Shown here: positions 15,230-28,729 of the stretch, in pieces
How the letters are laid out: every line of letters starts with the position of its first letter
How positions within the stretch are numbered: the first letter of the stretch is position 1
Assembly (NCBI GenBank): GCA_051362555.1
Contig: CM120645.1
Span: forward strand, 12,772,001 to 12,836,000
From: Lingula anatina
Lineage: Eukaryota > Animalia > Brachiopoda
Direction: 5' to 3'
DNA length: 64,000 nucleotides
Made by a program: the position numbers and the translations under genes
The notes under the pieces: model-generated
What the model was told of the DNA's origin: nothing
The model's input: the letters and a program-made list of their open reading frames with translations, nothing else
The model's database searches: none

Positions 15230-15440
15230 CGCTCTCGGCCAATCAGCGCTCTCGCTTCCCTGGAGCGCACGTGTCAGCTGTACACCGGCTACCCATATAA
15301 GGCGGTTGCTTAATTGTAAATTAGAATACGCCCCGCCCAGAGGGGAAGCCTCTGATTGTGTTAGACGTCACGAAAAGCATTATTTTAACCAGGCCCGCGG
15401 TTTATATAAAGAGAAGCTAGCACGTGAATAAGTCAGTCTT
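15230..15440 (+). promoter_or_regulatory. Proximal promoter of the CYP7-like gene
   Basis: CCAATCAG at about 15239, CACGTG at 15268 and 15421, CCCCGCCC at about 15330, GACGTCA at about 15364, TATATAAA at 15403 and Inr-like TCAGTC at 15433 (30 nt after the TATA). Confidence 0.75.
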
Positions 15441-15552
15441 CCCTCTCTCTTTAGTTTAGGAGGTGACGAAAGAGACCCGAGGCAGCAACAGATATCTTCA
15501 ACAGAGCTCTACGAGACCGAAGCCTGGACGATCACAATACATCATCATCAGC

Positions 15553-15641
15553 ATGTTTGGACTAATAATTCCTCTGTCCCTGTTTACAGTGGCGGCATGT
15601 CTACTCATCTACTTATACTTCACAAAGATATACAGAAAACG
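15553..15641 (+). CDS. CYP7-like: Clan-7 cytochrome P450 (CYP7-like), exon 1: membrane anchor
   Basis: MFGLIIPLSLFTVAACLLIYLYFTKIYRK followed by CG|GTAAGT. The phase-2 junction joins exon 2 to give KRRPGEAP, the typical basic/proline hinge. Confidence 0.9.
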
Positions 15642-17452
15642 GTAAGTTAAAACTTTTGTCTGTCTGTCATGGGGTTCTATTTTTGATATTGAAATTGACT
15701 TTTATGGGTTAAGAGGAGGTTGGGAACCGCGTCTGGGACAAGTAAGGAACATTAGTTGCTTCCGCTTACTGTTTTTTAAGTTATGAAACTTCTGTTTCAT
15801 AACATATATTTTGACAGATTTATTTCATTTTAACAAAAGAGTGCTTACCACATGTTTAAGAGTCGAACCATGAAATTGGTTATAGCGACTTGTAAAAGAT
15901 ATTATCATATTTGTTCTGTGAAGTCGAGTGACTGTTGAAAGTGAATAATGGTTGTATGGACTGAAGACAATCGGTTCGGATTTTAAAGTCTACAAATCAG
16001 GGTCGGTAGCAAATAATTCTGGGCGAATACAATAATAGAGTCTAACCCTGTGGCTTGTTCTTTATCATTGCATTCTACTTTTTTAATTGTTGTATGAAAA
16101 CCTACGTTATGATGACAACTGACTGATCTCTGGCCGTCAAGTTACGGCGTACACGTTTCACGACTAGAACAGATCAGACAGAAAATAGTATTTGTTGTGG
16201 AATCTAATCTATCACGGAGTAACAACCTCAGCCCTTGCCCCTGAGACTCTAGTTCAGTCTTTGTAAAAATGTTTTCTCATTTACGTCAAACCGTTTTTCC
16301 GATACTCGCTGACGGTAAGAAGTCGAGCCGGGCCGTGTCTAATCGGGAACTATTCCAACACTACTGTCATGTTAGAAATTCACACTGAACAAAACAGGTG
16401 GTCGCACAGCACCCCAGACTGGGCACGTGCAGATCCTCCACGAAAACTTCTTATCGTCTGCGTAAAAAAAAAGAAAAATCCACTCAAAAAACAGAACACG
16501 TGAGGCGAGCTCATTGCCCTTAGCGGAGGCTGCTGGCATAACAGGCCGTAAAACAATCGTGTTAATCTATAGGCAATTCTTCAAGACGTTTTTTCCATTT
16601 AGACCGTCGGGAATTTTCACACCCTCTCCGAAAAGATAATGCAAGCCGATCGTTTGACTGAGTCCTCCTTCTCTCACCATGGGTGTTGATTGTTACAAAT
16701 TTGTTACCGTGCGTCTCTCGCCGGGGCGCTGCAGTCGAGACGGGAAGGAATTCTACGCTCGGCTAATGATATATCGCCGATCCTTGCTAAACGTGTGTTT
16801 TAAAAACATTTGCTTACCGCTGTTTTATTGGCACACTTAAGTCGGGGGAGGTCTTGGAAAATTGGCCTTTGATTTTTTTAAAAAGATGAGGGGGTGATGC
16901 TCACTTTTGGCTCACCGGGTCAAAAGAGAAGAGCTTTTGCTTGAAATAATTGTCACCTAGAACGGCTATCACCATCAAAACAAATTTGTTCAATCCATAA
17001 GTTTGAAAGAAAAGCCGATTTGTGAATTCGAAACACGCTTGAAACGATTCATTGGACGTGATTTCATTCTGCTTCTTTACGCGCTTTGTTTGATCGTCTG
17101 CTGAAAATGTTACAAAACCAAATCTCGGCCTTTTGTGAACCCACACCTGTATTAACGCTAATCTAACTTGTAATGATTTACATTAGGGATCGATTTAACG
17201 GTGAAAACGATAGGGATTTCCGCAGTTTTGTACAAGAATAATTTGCCCTCCATTGACTCATTCAGCGGGAGTTATTCCGCTTATATGAATAAAGCATAGG
17301 CTAAAGTCTTATTGGCAATCAGATTGTTGAATGTACAAAGGGGGCTAGGGTTTGTTTACCTTGTCCATCTGCACGAGTTAGACATGCACGAATGGGCATT
17401 GCTTCAAAAATTGTTTCATGAAAATGATTTCTATTTTTTGTATATTTGGCAG

Positions 17453-18393
17453 GCGGCCGGGTGAAGCTCCGGTGGCGAAGGGACATTTTCTGTGGGGAAA
17501 TGGAGAAGAATTCAACAAGAATGCGGTGCAGTTTTTGTTAAAGTGTGGTAAAGATTTAGGCGACGTTTTTACCATTCGTTTACTCAATCAGTGCTTAACC
17601 ATTGTAATGGACCCTCATAGCTATGAAGCATTCAGCAAAGAGAAAAATTTTGACTTCAATCCCATTCAAGAACAGGTAAACTGGAATGTCTTCAGTTTCG
17701 TTTTAAAAAAGCCAAAAGCCATGGTCAAAATCGCTGGTAAGACTGTCCGTGGTCCGGCAATGGACAAAGCCATGATGCACTTCGGTGATCACCTGGACGA
17801 GGCAATGGACAACGTGACCACTGAGGCTGGACTTTCGAAGAACAACAACACGTCGGACATGTCCAAAGAATGGTCAGAAGACGGTCTTCGGTCACTGTGC
17901 CGGAAAACCATCTTCAACGCCATCTTCTACACGTTGTTCGGTCGCGAGGACAACGCGGATTTCAACCCCACGATATTCTGCAACGAATTCGAGGTGTATC
18001 ACAAGTATTTTAACTACATGTGGCTTGGGATGCCCAGAAGTTGGTTCCCGGCAGCGACAAAGGCTCTTGGTCGTCTGGTTCTCCAGCCCTCATCTGATGA
18101 ATTACTGTGTAGGGACGACGCGTCAGAATATCTCAAAACAATGGTGGCTTTCATGAAATCCAACGATCAGAACGAAATGGATATTAAAGCCCACAACCTA
18201 GTGTACCTGCACGTGAACTATAACACGTTCAAAGTAGCGTTCTGGGCGCTGTACCACATCTTGCAGCAGCGAGAAGGGTTCCAGGCTCTGAGACAAGAAA
18301 TAGACGAAATCTTGGAGAGAAAACGCCAATCCAACAACCCAGATGAGATCATCCTGCTTGATCAAGCAGATGTGGAGGGCATGAAGACTTTAG
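17453..18393 (+). CDS. CYP7-like: CYP7-like P450, exon 2
   Basis: Acceptor GGCAG|G. Encodes RPGEAP..G..LWGNG, GDVFTIRL, MDPHSY and LHVNYNTFKVAFWAL (CYP7-type I-helix N-T). Donor G|GTGAGT. Confidence 0.95.
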
Positions 18394-19126
18394 GTGAGTA
18401 GGGAGGCATTTTGTCTTAATCGATTTTGTAGTTAGACCCCGAAAAAACGCGGATCTGCTGATCCGAGTTTCCGGACAGATACCAGAAGTACGTTCATCTA
18501 CACGTGGCCGAAACCTTGTGTGCCTTCTCCTTGCCTGGTACTGATTTGTCTAACGTTTGCTTTCCTAGAATTATTCCTTTCCACAACGCGTTGAACGATA
18601 TCCGTAGCAGCCAAGAAAAATGCCGATGAAAGGTGCAATCATCAGAGAGATACATAATGAATTCAGAAGAGACATTAGAAAATGCTGAACTCTGCATTTT
18701 ACGTTTAGCTTATCCCCTTAGCAGCAGCCCGCTCACTGGTCCACGTTCCAGTAATGATAAACGTTTAAGTGAAATCTAGTTTTCCCTTCTAACAGCCAAT
18801 CTGACAGAGCTTAGTGTTTCGAACCGGTAGCTCTGGCTTCCGTTTATGAAAACCATATCTGAGCAATTTGTTGGTGAAGTGGATGAATAAATTTTATTGC
18901 AGTGATTAATTCTTTTATAAGGGCAAAGGGCTCGACCACTTGCAACGCAACGTTAAGTGGATGCATCCTCAATGAATACCCAAGCCACATAATTGTATTG
19001 TTTAAGGACGTACTTAATTATATCAGACCGCTGCTTCATTATTGTCTAATATTCAGTTCTTCTTGCATGTGTTTGGAATAAATGATTAATATTATTAAGC
19101 AAGGTGTGTTTTGGTTTCCATTACAG

Positions 19127-19305
19127 ACAGTATCTGTTTGGAAGCGTTCCGAGTGTCAAGCGGAGTCTTCATGGTACGATACGTGACCGAGGACACAAAA
19201 TTCACGACCAGTGAGGGCAAGGAACACATTTTCCGAAAAGGTGACCGAGCGGCCATCTACCCGCCAGCAATCCACAACAATCCAGAAATTTTTGAAGATC
19301 CCGAG
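19127..19305 (+). CDS. CYP7-like: CYP7-like P450, exon 3 (K-helix ExxR)
   Basis: TTACAG|AC gives LDSICLEAFR...RKGD..AIYP..IHNNPEIFEDPE. Donor GAG|GTAAGG. Confidence 0.95.
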
Positions 19306-20214
19306 GTAAGGACTCGAGTATTCTTTCAAGAATGCTCATTTTCTTTAATATACAACTAAAAAGCATACGTTTATCGATGATATCGCTTAAAAGTCAAGAC
19401 GCATTTTTGTTGTGTTAATCGCCAAGCGTTTATCTTAACACTTGTGAATAATATACATACAGAAGAATGTTGGATGTTTAAGAAAGTACGTAGAGAGTTG
19501 CATTAAAATTTAATGCAAATAACAATTAGCAAAAATATAAAAGAATATTATTTAGATTGACGTCGTAAGTGGTTTGAAGCGAGTGCTGCTTTGAAGTTGG
19601 TGGGCTCGGCGCATTTGATTTGAATACTTTTATGCTCGCGGGTTGATAAATGAGAACTTAATTGATAACCGATTACTGAGCATTAAAAGATAGCTGACAG
19701 TGCTCGTTACGTATGTCACTGGCTTGCGTGGTTGTGGTCTAATTTGATATTCACACAAATTCAAAAACGCGTTACCCATAGAAGTAAATAACAATAGCAT
19801 GTCTGAAGACGTCTTCGTTAAAAAGTCTTCTAGTATTGTTGAGACAGACCACAGAGTAAAAAGAAGCCAACGGGAGACAGATGTGCAAACCTTAACGCAG
19901 ATGTTACCGCGGTGCGAAAACTGTTCTCCTGTTTTCATTAGGCCTTGTTTTCTCATTCCCAACGGCTGGTTGTATTGCTTTATCTCCAAAAAACAAAAGT
20001 CACTCTTCTTTTTAGACTTACCCAGACGCAATTATCTATTCTCGTACATATCGCAATCAAAAATAAATAAAAGAAGCATGAATTGTGATTTATAAAAAAA
20101 TATTAAGTGGTATTAACTTCTTATTTGTAAATATTGTCTGTAGAGGTGTTATTCTAATGCCGGAATGGTGTTTCAGTTGCTTTTTTGATAAAAAAGTTTT
20201 TTCTATAATTTCAG

Positions 20215-20505
20215 GAGTATAAACATGACCGCTTCAAGGACAAGAAATTTTACAGAAACGGCCGTGAAATCAAGAATCCCATTTTGTCCTTCGGATCTCT
20301 CTGTCCTGGAAGGAGGATGGCCATGTTGCAATTGAAGTGGTACATGCTAGCGATGGTTAATCGCCTAGATATCGAACTCTTGCCAGGCGAGAAAGCCGAA
20401 TACGCTGTAGAATATTATGGACATGAAATCCTTCCCCCTAGAAAAGACGTTAATGTCAGGATGCGTTTGAGGCCCAACTGTCGGCAGGTTCAGCTAACAG
20501 TGTGA
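20215..20505 (+). CDS. CYP7-like: CYP7-like P450, exon 4 (heme-binding Cys, stop)
   Basis: TTTCAG|EYKHDRF...SFGSLCPGR...YGHEILPP..DV..R. The four exons total 1500 nt, giving 499 aa. Confidence 0.95.
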   Translation, partial: EYKHDRFKDKKFYRNGREIKNPILSFGSLCPGRRMAMLQLKWYMLAMVNRLDIELLPGEKAEYAVEYYGHEILPPRKDVNVRMRLRPNCRQVQLTV

Positions 20506-22757
20506 GCAAAAAAGACTAGAAGGACATTATCCCACGAAGTGTGAGTTTCCAAAAACACTTGAACAGTTCGTGTGGATACATCAGTCCCATACAAGGGATT
20601 GTCGCCAGCATATCTTGCTCGAATATCACCCAAATTCTCATTTAACATCGAAGTATTTAAAAAATAATTTATTACTGTACAGTGTACATAGTTACTCTAT
20701 TTTTCTACCAGATTCTTCTTTTTTAATATATGACATCTTCAGCATCATCTTGTTATCGCTCATCACAAGAGATTTTGTTCAAGAAAAAAAGATGGAAACC
20801 GAAAATGCCAGCGGCGCGCCAGGCGCTTTAGGTGGAGAGGCGTGACCCTTCTGTGACCTTTGAGCAGACGACGATGTTCATTTTCCGAAGGAGCGTGTGC
20901 TTTTGTGAAAGAAACTATCCCGATGACCATCGACTAATAACTGGAGTCCCATTGTATTTCTGAAAGAAATCTCTGTTGGTGGCGCCTTTTTTTTAATGCC
21001 AAAGACATTATTATCTGCGAGTCGCGCACAGCTTAGCGCGCCCTTCATTTTTCTCATCGTCTGTCGCATTCACCGAAAAATGTCTTCTTCATTCATCGTA
21101 GCATCCTCATGAATATCTATGAATTTTTCATTATATATACACAAGCACCCCGCGATATCACAAGACATTGACAGAAGTGTGATACTGTCGGCTGCTATCA
21201 AAAGCTTTGACTTCTATAGACCAGGATTTAAAGGCACTTTGTGCTTAACTCGTCTCATGAAAAGTAACAATTTGTAGTTGCTTTGTCGGAACTCTTCTTA
21301 GTGGGAGGTCGAAAAGTAATTGGCAGGTGCTACTCAAGGCGGACTAGGTAGCTTTTCTTATTAATACATCATCTTAAGGTGAAAAGGTTAATGCTTCTGT
21401 TGAAAGGTTTATAACTATTTTGTATCGTTTGCATTTTTGTTTAGTTGGATTCGGCGATTCTACTCATTGCATTGGCACTTATGTTTACTTTATGATGGCA
21501 AATCATTTTTGATGCCCAATTTTGTGAAGTATAAGCTCTTAAGATTTTTCGTATTTTCCATATCACAGTTTGTTTCACTTTTTTCTGTTTTCAACCTAAA
21601 AAGCAGTAGATTTATTATAAAAGACGAAGTCAAATTTACCGTAGTGAAGTAACGGTATGCATTCCTGGTGAGAAGAATTGGAAAACAGACAGATAACCGT
21701 TTTGCACAACATTTAATTGGATGAAACTGGTATTTCAGAAAGCATTAGTCAAGCCAACTTTAGAAATTATTTTCACAAGTTGTAAGAAACGTGTCAACAG
21801 CTTGGCTGAAACTGGTATGGGCCATGCGCCGAGAAAATGAGATTATTGTGGTATGCAATTAGTGTCACTGAACAGAAATAATTACGAAACAAATCACAAT
21901 AGTTAAGCTATATTGCGTCATCTTGAATTGACTTGCTTCTGGAAATAATATACTGAAAACGTATTATCGCCTCACGTAATTTCGTCATAATAATGATGAT
22001 GATACAGTGCTATTGTAGTAGTTAAGTATAAAGAGTGGCAAGGTAAATCAGCTGCTTATGAAGTCTTCCAATACATATTTAGTGAATACCATCAACTATG
22101 TCTCAGTGTAGCCAAGTGTACAGGTAGAACATCTCAATGTCCGTCATCTACGTATATTAAGATCTGACACGGTAATTCCAAACCTTTGCCAAGACAACTT
22201 TGTGCAACATTGTATGGGCTATAGTTGTATATTTTAATGCTTTGTTGACACTGGGTTGGTATTTAATAGTTGCCCAAAGCATAGACGTGTGTCTTTGCTT
22301 GTACTATAACCTAATTGAAATCACAGCTTCAGTGTCCAGTTTTATCGTGAATACACGCTCAGTAATTCTCGACAGTGCAGTCGCAGTTATTGTGCAGTTG
22401 TGGTATATATACAATTCATTTTGCCATTTATTTTTATATTTCTCAGTAGAATACAGTGACGCCAATCGTTTTCGGTATGTTAACCGCATTTTAGCGCAGT
22501 TTCCCCAAAGTAGAACAATACTATTATACCGCGGTTTCATGGTATCGATTTTTATGATAGATACTATATCATTCTTATCATTGATCATAAGCCATCTCAT
22601 TGATTCATGGTGTTAGATTTTCTAATGTTATGCAACGTGTACTTACAGTGAAGTTATTATTTCATTTACACACTCGTGCAAGTTTTACACATCAGTTTAT
22701 ACAGCACTCGTGTCATTTATTTACATAAATTATTGTTAATTAAATTATTCACTTTGA

Positions 22758-22763
22758 AATAAA
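22758..22763 (+). terminator. Likely polyadenylation signal of the CYP gene (about 2.2-kb 3'UTR)
   Basis: AATAAA followed by a U/GU-rich downstream tract at about 22787-22810. Confidence 0.45.
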
Positions 22764-23569
22764 GATTTGTTACACATTCAACGGTATTGTTTTTTTCTTT
22801 TTTTTTATTGAAGAATAGAATATCGGTGTATGTTGGCCCACTGTTGGCGTATATTCAAAAGAAACCCAAAAGCTACTGCAAAAAAAGTGAACAAGATATT
22901 AATAGCCGTTGATTCCAAAAATATGTTTAGTCTTACTGAGTTGTAATTGCTACCGACAAACTTATAACTACACGTGAGAGCATTTACACATGCCTAACCT
23001 CCAATGTCTTCAACTTCCAAGCATCACATATCAGGCAAATGAAACGGAAAAGTTACACAAAATGATATGTAATACCTTGCAACAGGCTTAACGGTTTGTC
23101 ACTCACATATTTCTTAGGACCGGTAAAATCATTTATATCATTTCCCTTCTATTTCTTTTGAATTTTTGTCGTGTTAGAGGACTGCATAACGTGAACTTGC
23201 TCTCGTTGCTATGCAGTAAATTTATTCAGCACATGGGAATCTGTCTGCCCCCCCCCCCCCCCCCCCCCCCTCCACCATCCTCCACCTTCCCTCTACTAGG
23301 TCACGAAGAGAATTTTGTACACTATGTATTTCTCTGGGTATACACCAGACATGCTGATTTCTGTTCTCTGATGTTTTTTGCACAGTAACTTCATCAGCAT
23401 CCTGCCATCACCCACCACCCAAACATCATATTTCTGACAACTAAGAATATTGGTATATATAGTGGCTGATATGACAGCCCAAATGACAAAAATAAAAAAG
23501 AAATGGTAAATTGATAAATGAGATAAACGAAAGCCCTCTGAATGGTTAAGAAGGTAAAATATCCTGCCA

Positions 23570-23620
<51 letters not shown>

Positions 23621-24972
23621 AAGGAATAGAAAATTGGTATTGGATGTATCATTATTCATTCTACGTTGTATCTAATTTCCTGAAAACAGACATTCTCGGG
23701 CGACGGCACACCTACCCGATACATTCTAATAAAATAAAGGCGAATAATTTGGATGAAATTTTTTAAAAAATTCCAGAAACACAACTGATGTTGTCGTTTC
23801 CTCGGTTTTCTAAATATGTATTGAGAAACAAGGCACTGCTTTACTTAACATTTATTTCATTGCATTCATTTGAAAAATATAGCGTAAGCGCCTTTCTGCC
23901 GTCTCATAAACGACATACATCAAAACATTTCTTTCCACGTGGCTTTAAAACAGCACAAGTTGATGAAGACAAACGCTGCAGCAGGCGCCGATGTTTCTAA
24001 ATTCTCAACATTAACACACGCCTGATAACCATAGATTTCGCATTCACTGATACTGAAATTTGATAAACCAAGCGATTATCGAACTTATTTCCGTACCGTA
24101 AACCTATTCGGATTTCCCTTCAAGGTAAGAGAACCATCTCTTCAAAGTAGAAATGGCAGGAAAAAAAAACAAACTTGCTACCCCCCCCCCCAAATCCTAG
24201 CAACTCTATGCGCTCCTCTCGTTTCTAATCCCGTTCCTGTTGTACACGTATTGTACATCTCCATAGTCCTATTCAGAAACTACAAATTCACTCTCAATGA
24301 AGAATAATCCTCCCCATAAGTTAACTGCAGCAGCCTGCGAAATGAATAAAGCTCAACGTGCATATGGACACATGCTTCATAAAGACATGGCAATAAATTC
24401 ATCTATACGGTCTATCACAACTCCCCCCTTCTTCTTCAGCCTCCCTCAAGTCATCAGAACTGATCACCCGATACACCCTCCCACGCGTCTGACCTCAGAG
24501 CGAGACAATAAAATAATCAGCGATCTCGTAGTAGAGGCTTTGGTCTCTTTATAGTAACTGGGGAAGTTGATTGATGTAGCACAGTAAAGTGAGGGGGTTG
24601 TACGTATCTCGTGAAGACGTGTCATCATTTATACTTTATGATATTGAATCATGAATTGAGCAGAAAATCGGCACAGTTCTGGGACTTGTGTCAAACGTAT
24701 CTTTTAAAGCTCACGGAAAATAACACTTAGGCGAAAATAAGTGTTTTGATGTTCTGAACCATCCTTCATTAACATCAAGAGACCCAGTTACTCGCAACAC
24801 ACGTGCATGTGCACTTACGCCAGCAGCAAAAACTCACACCCATGCACTCTATCAGACGTAGAAAAGCATAGGAACACAGACGCATGCATCGCAATCAATG
24901 TGAACAAACTTTACGATTTGTACGTAAAAAACTGCAACTTACTTATACGCATGCACATGATTCTCTTCCCCC

Positions 24973-25005
<33 letters not shown>

Positions 25006-25015
25006 AACACACATA

Positions 25016-25275
25016 CACAGGTACGCACACACACAAACGCACGCACACACATTCTATTCTAACCACCAAGAAGCAACGGTGTCCTTGTGAAGGTAAGTGC
25101 GCAAGCATACACACAAACGCACGCACACACACACTTGTGCTTCAGGCCACTAAGAAGCAACGGTATCCTCGTGAAGGTAAGTGCGCACGCACACACACAA
25201 ACGCACGCACACACACACTCGAACATTAGACCACCAAGAAGCAACGGTATCCTCGGCACCAGCGTGAAGGTAACT
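25016..25275. repeat. Three-copy minisatellite (period 84/93 bp) with CA-rich spacers
   Basis: Unit core CCAYYAAGAAGCAACGGTRTCCT..GTGAAGGTAA recurs, with its GT at 25093, 25177 and 25270. Confidence 0.9.
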
Positions 25276-27902
25276 GGCCGAAATCAGCTCCAGGCAGGCA
25301 GAGATGACTCAGCTCGAAGGAACGAATAAAAGACCAGTCCGTAAAAAAAGAGAAGAGAGTGAGAAAACCCAGTATATCCACAAACAAGCCCGCTCTTGAC
25401 TCATACATGATCGAGAACGTGTGGGGCGCATTGGAAACGTTAGCTGCACAGCTCCTCCTTGTGTCACTGATTAGCCTGCTTGCGGAGCTAATTTAATGCA
25501 ATACGTGGCAAGGCTTCTCTGCATATAGCGGATTCTCCGCCTCCAATTTCTCGTGTCTTAGTATGATATCGAAAACTGATTGCCTAGATGTGTCCCTTGA
25601 CGCACATATTGATTTATCAATCGTGAAATTTTAGTAGCCTTAAGAGATTCTTCGAGTTGTAGACCGATATGGTATATTTTTTCAATCGCAAAATAAGATG
25701 CATGCGTTAAAGCGTAGTATCCATATTGATTAATTTTGGAAAAGCATTCTTGTTTTTGCACTAGATCCTAATAAAGTTGTAACAGGTGAATCTCTAAAGA
25801 TCTGATACATTAATTAGTTTTCTTTGCATTGGAACCAATGCCAAAGAAACAGTTTTCTGCCACTGAACACCTCGGGGATGCCCAACATGATGCGTGTGCT
25901 TCCACATGTTTGCTGACAGCAGGGTCTGTGAATTATTAATTTCCTCATATTGAGGTTCATCTGCCGTTCGCATTTGGCGCTCATTACCAATGCCACCTAC
26001 TAAAACTCCACCAGCTCATCAAATCGGTGGGAGGCAGACGTTAACATCTTTCTAACACATATGCAATACTATTTATCTTTAATAAGACAATACTCAATTA
26101 AAATGCGTTGCACCGGTCGCACGTGGTACCGTAACTACTTCAAACGCGTCGAATCGTTCTCTAAAGACAATAGATTAGGGAAAGGGCCAACACCGGACAA
26201 AACACTCCGGCGAAACATATGAAAAAACACCGGATACAATAACGTTACGGTCGCGCTAGTTTGTAAAGAAAACAGGTTCTTGCGGGTGGGGATGCGAACT
26301 GTGGTTGATTTAGCTGAAAATCGGTTTCTTTAAGAAACACACAAGATAAACTCTCTGGAGACCTATTAAGATGTGATTACAACGGGTAATTTAACTATGG
26401 TTAGCAACAGGTGAAGCTCCCCCGACGACCGTAATTACGTGCAATTACGGAAATCTTCGGAAATTGTCTCGCCGGTATGAATGAAGTGTGATTTTTGTAC
26501 GTATATATTTCCAGTTGTACCACACCACCACAAGAAAAGAAAAGTAAATTGGAATGATACCAAATAGTGACACACCTATTGTTCTTTTATTAGACTGGAT
26601 AAAAGATAGTTATATAATTTACACCCTGTCCACAGACGTGATGGCCTGTGTCATTAAGCAGCTGGCTGTACGTCTACGAACAGCATACGTCTGCGTGTGC
26701 GGCCTTGGTATTTCATGAACAATTAATTGGGAACAATTTAAAGCATTTGCAATTTTCACACAGGAAAGAGAAATGTGGGAGTCCTAAATTTTGGGGCGAC
26801 GGAATAGTTTCTATTTGTCATGTAACTGAGACTTAAAAGTTATTCCTCCTTAAATCCGTTATATTCAGAGAAGTATGCACGCTTGTTATAGTCATACATT
26901 CATATATATTTTCTGATTGTAAGTTAAATGTCCAATTCAAAGTAAAGGTTTATCCCCTTTTCCGAGTCAAGTCTAGGAAATTCATGGGAGTACAATATCA
27001 TACTTCTATATCGGAGAAACTTTCTCTCTCTATTTCTTGCACGTGCATATTTGCATGCCATTATTTGTATTTTTGTAACAATCTAGATTTCACTTTTCAG
27101 ATAAATACTGCGTGCTATCCTTATCTGGCATTAGGGCACCTTGACAATGTCGGAACCAATTTTGTTCAAGGTTTGTAGAAAAAGATATCAAAGCCGCTAA
27201 GATTGGTTGAAACTTGGAATCTTTTCAGCCTTCATGTGTTTCAGTTTTGCGTGAGTCTGTAGCACTGGTGGTGAGCTCTTTCCCCGCCCCTCACAGCGTA
27301 AATAAGACATCAGATGCGCCAGATGGCTCTAATCCACGCCTGGGTTGATTTCAAACTTTCAAACTAGAGAAAGGTGCGATGCAGATGTACAGCACACCAG
27401 CTGTGATCGATTAATAACCTCAAAACAACCGATGTTTGTTGCGTACATTAGCACTAATTTTGCGTCATTCGTGGAATGCACATTGTTTTTAAGACGAGGG
27501 ATGCTCAGAGGTGAAATGTGGCCATAAAGCTATAGAGCTGAACCTGAACCACGTGGTCGCTTATCAACACCTTTAATACTATATATAATATTGAGATACA
27601 TGTAGCCCACACTTTTACAGCAAGCCTTTACTTTGTCAGACCTCCACTTGCACTTTTTATGACATATTGATAAATTTAAGTTCGTCTCTTTTAGTCTTGT
27701 TGTGGATGATGTGAAAGGATAAACTTTCAGGTTACATTTCTTCTCATTTTTAAAACTGAACTTCTTATCTTTATTATTCCAGAATATTAATTGCAAATCA
27801 GTGTATTAATTTCCACAGCGAGGGGTAAATTCTACGTGAAATTCATAATAGCATCCCGCATCTCTGCATACCAGGGGTCGTTGATTACTGTCAATGCGAT
27901 AA

Positions 27903-28481
27903 TTATTTATTTATTATTTATTATTTATTGCGGTTCAAGTACATTTTTTACAATGACTATGACCTAACAGTATACATAATATAATCATATAACTAAAATT
28001 ACAATAGTAAATTACAATATTGTTTATACAATAACTGTGATCAGATTTTACAATTGCAGTATACGCTCGTTACTTTGGTTGACTAGGTGGTGGTTGGTTG
28101 AGAATATTTTTTCTTTCCTTATTACACATTGTGATATAGTGGGCCACATTCTTTATAACATGTAAATCGTTTGACTGCATTATGCATTTGAACTGACCCT
28201 CTGGGGTTTGTGTAGGATCTGGTTTTAGGATCTCCCTGTGTTTGGTGAGTAAGGGGCATTTTAAAAGAAAGTGTATTTCGTTTTCCACTTCATCTGAGCA
28301 TAACTTGCAGATCCTTTCTTCAGGGGGTATTGATTTTGGTTTTCGGTATCTGCCTCTTTGGATTTCTAAGTCATGTGCCCCTGTTCTAAATTTTGCCAAA
28401 TTTTGCATTTCATGTTTTGGTATAGGTGCTGTTGTGTACGCTTCCCTTTCATAATTTGTTTTAAATAATCGATATGTACGT
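27903..28481 (-). mobile_element. 5'-truncated non-LTR retrotransposon (RT C-terminal CCHC region, 3'UTR and (AATA)n tail; RTEX/L2-CR1-like)
   Basis: RTYRLFKT..E..Y...LAKFRTGAHDLEIQRGRY...EERICKLC..EVENEIHFLLKCP, followed on the minus strand by an AATAAATAATAAAT tail at 27903-27929. Confidence 0.85.
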
Positions 28482-28729
28482 ATAATGATTGCATGACATG
28501 TTGGTAAACCGCAAGCACCTACGCATTTTATTGTAATAGGCTAACATCAGTGTCACAGCATACATATTCGATTTTGTTTCGCACGTAATTTACTTAAGCA
28601 GCACATGCTTATCCACTCAACTCAGTCACGCACAAAAATCTTCTTTTTGTGTGGGGGTTCAATTGCAGAAAACAAAATAACGATGAGATTTTACATAAAA
28701 TAAAAACACGAAAATAAACCATTCCCTGA

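Noticed and set aside
22200-22616. 138-aa hydrophobic ORF and its antisense 98-aa ORF
   Set aside because: Non-ATG start on the plus ORF, location in the AT-rich CYP 3'UTR, and no recognisable motif or splice context.
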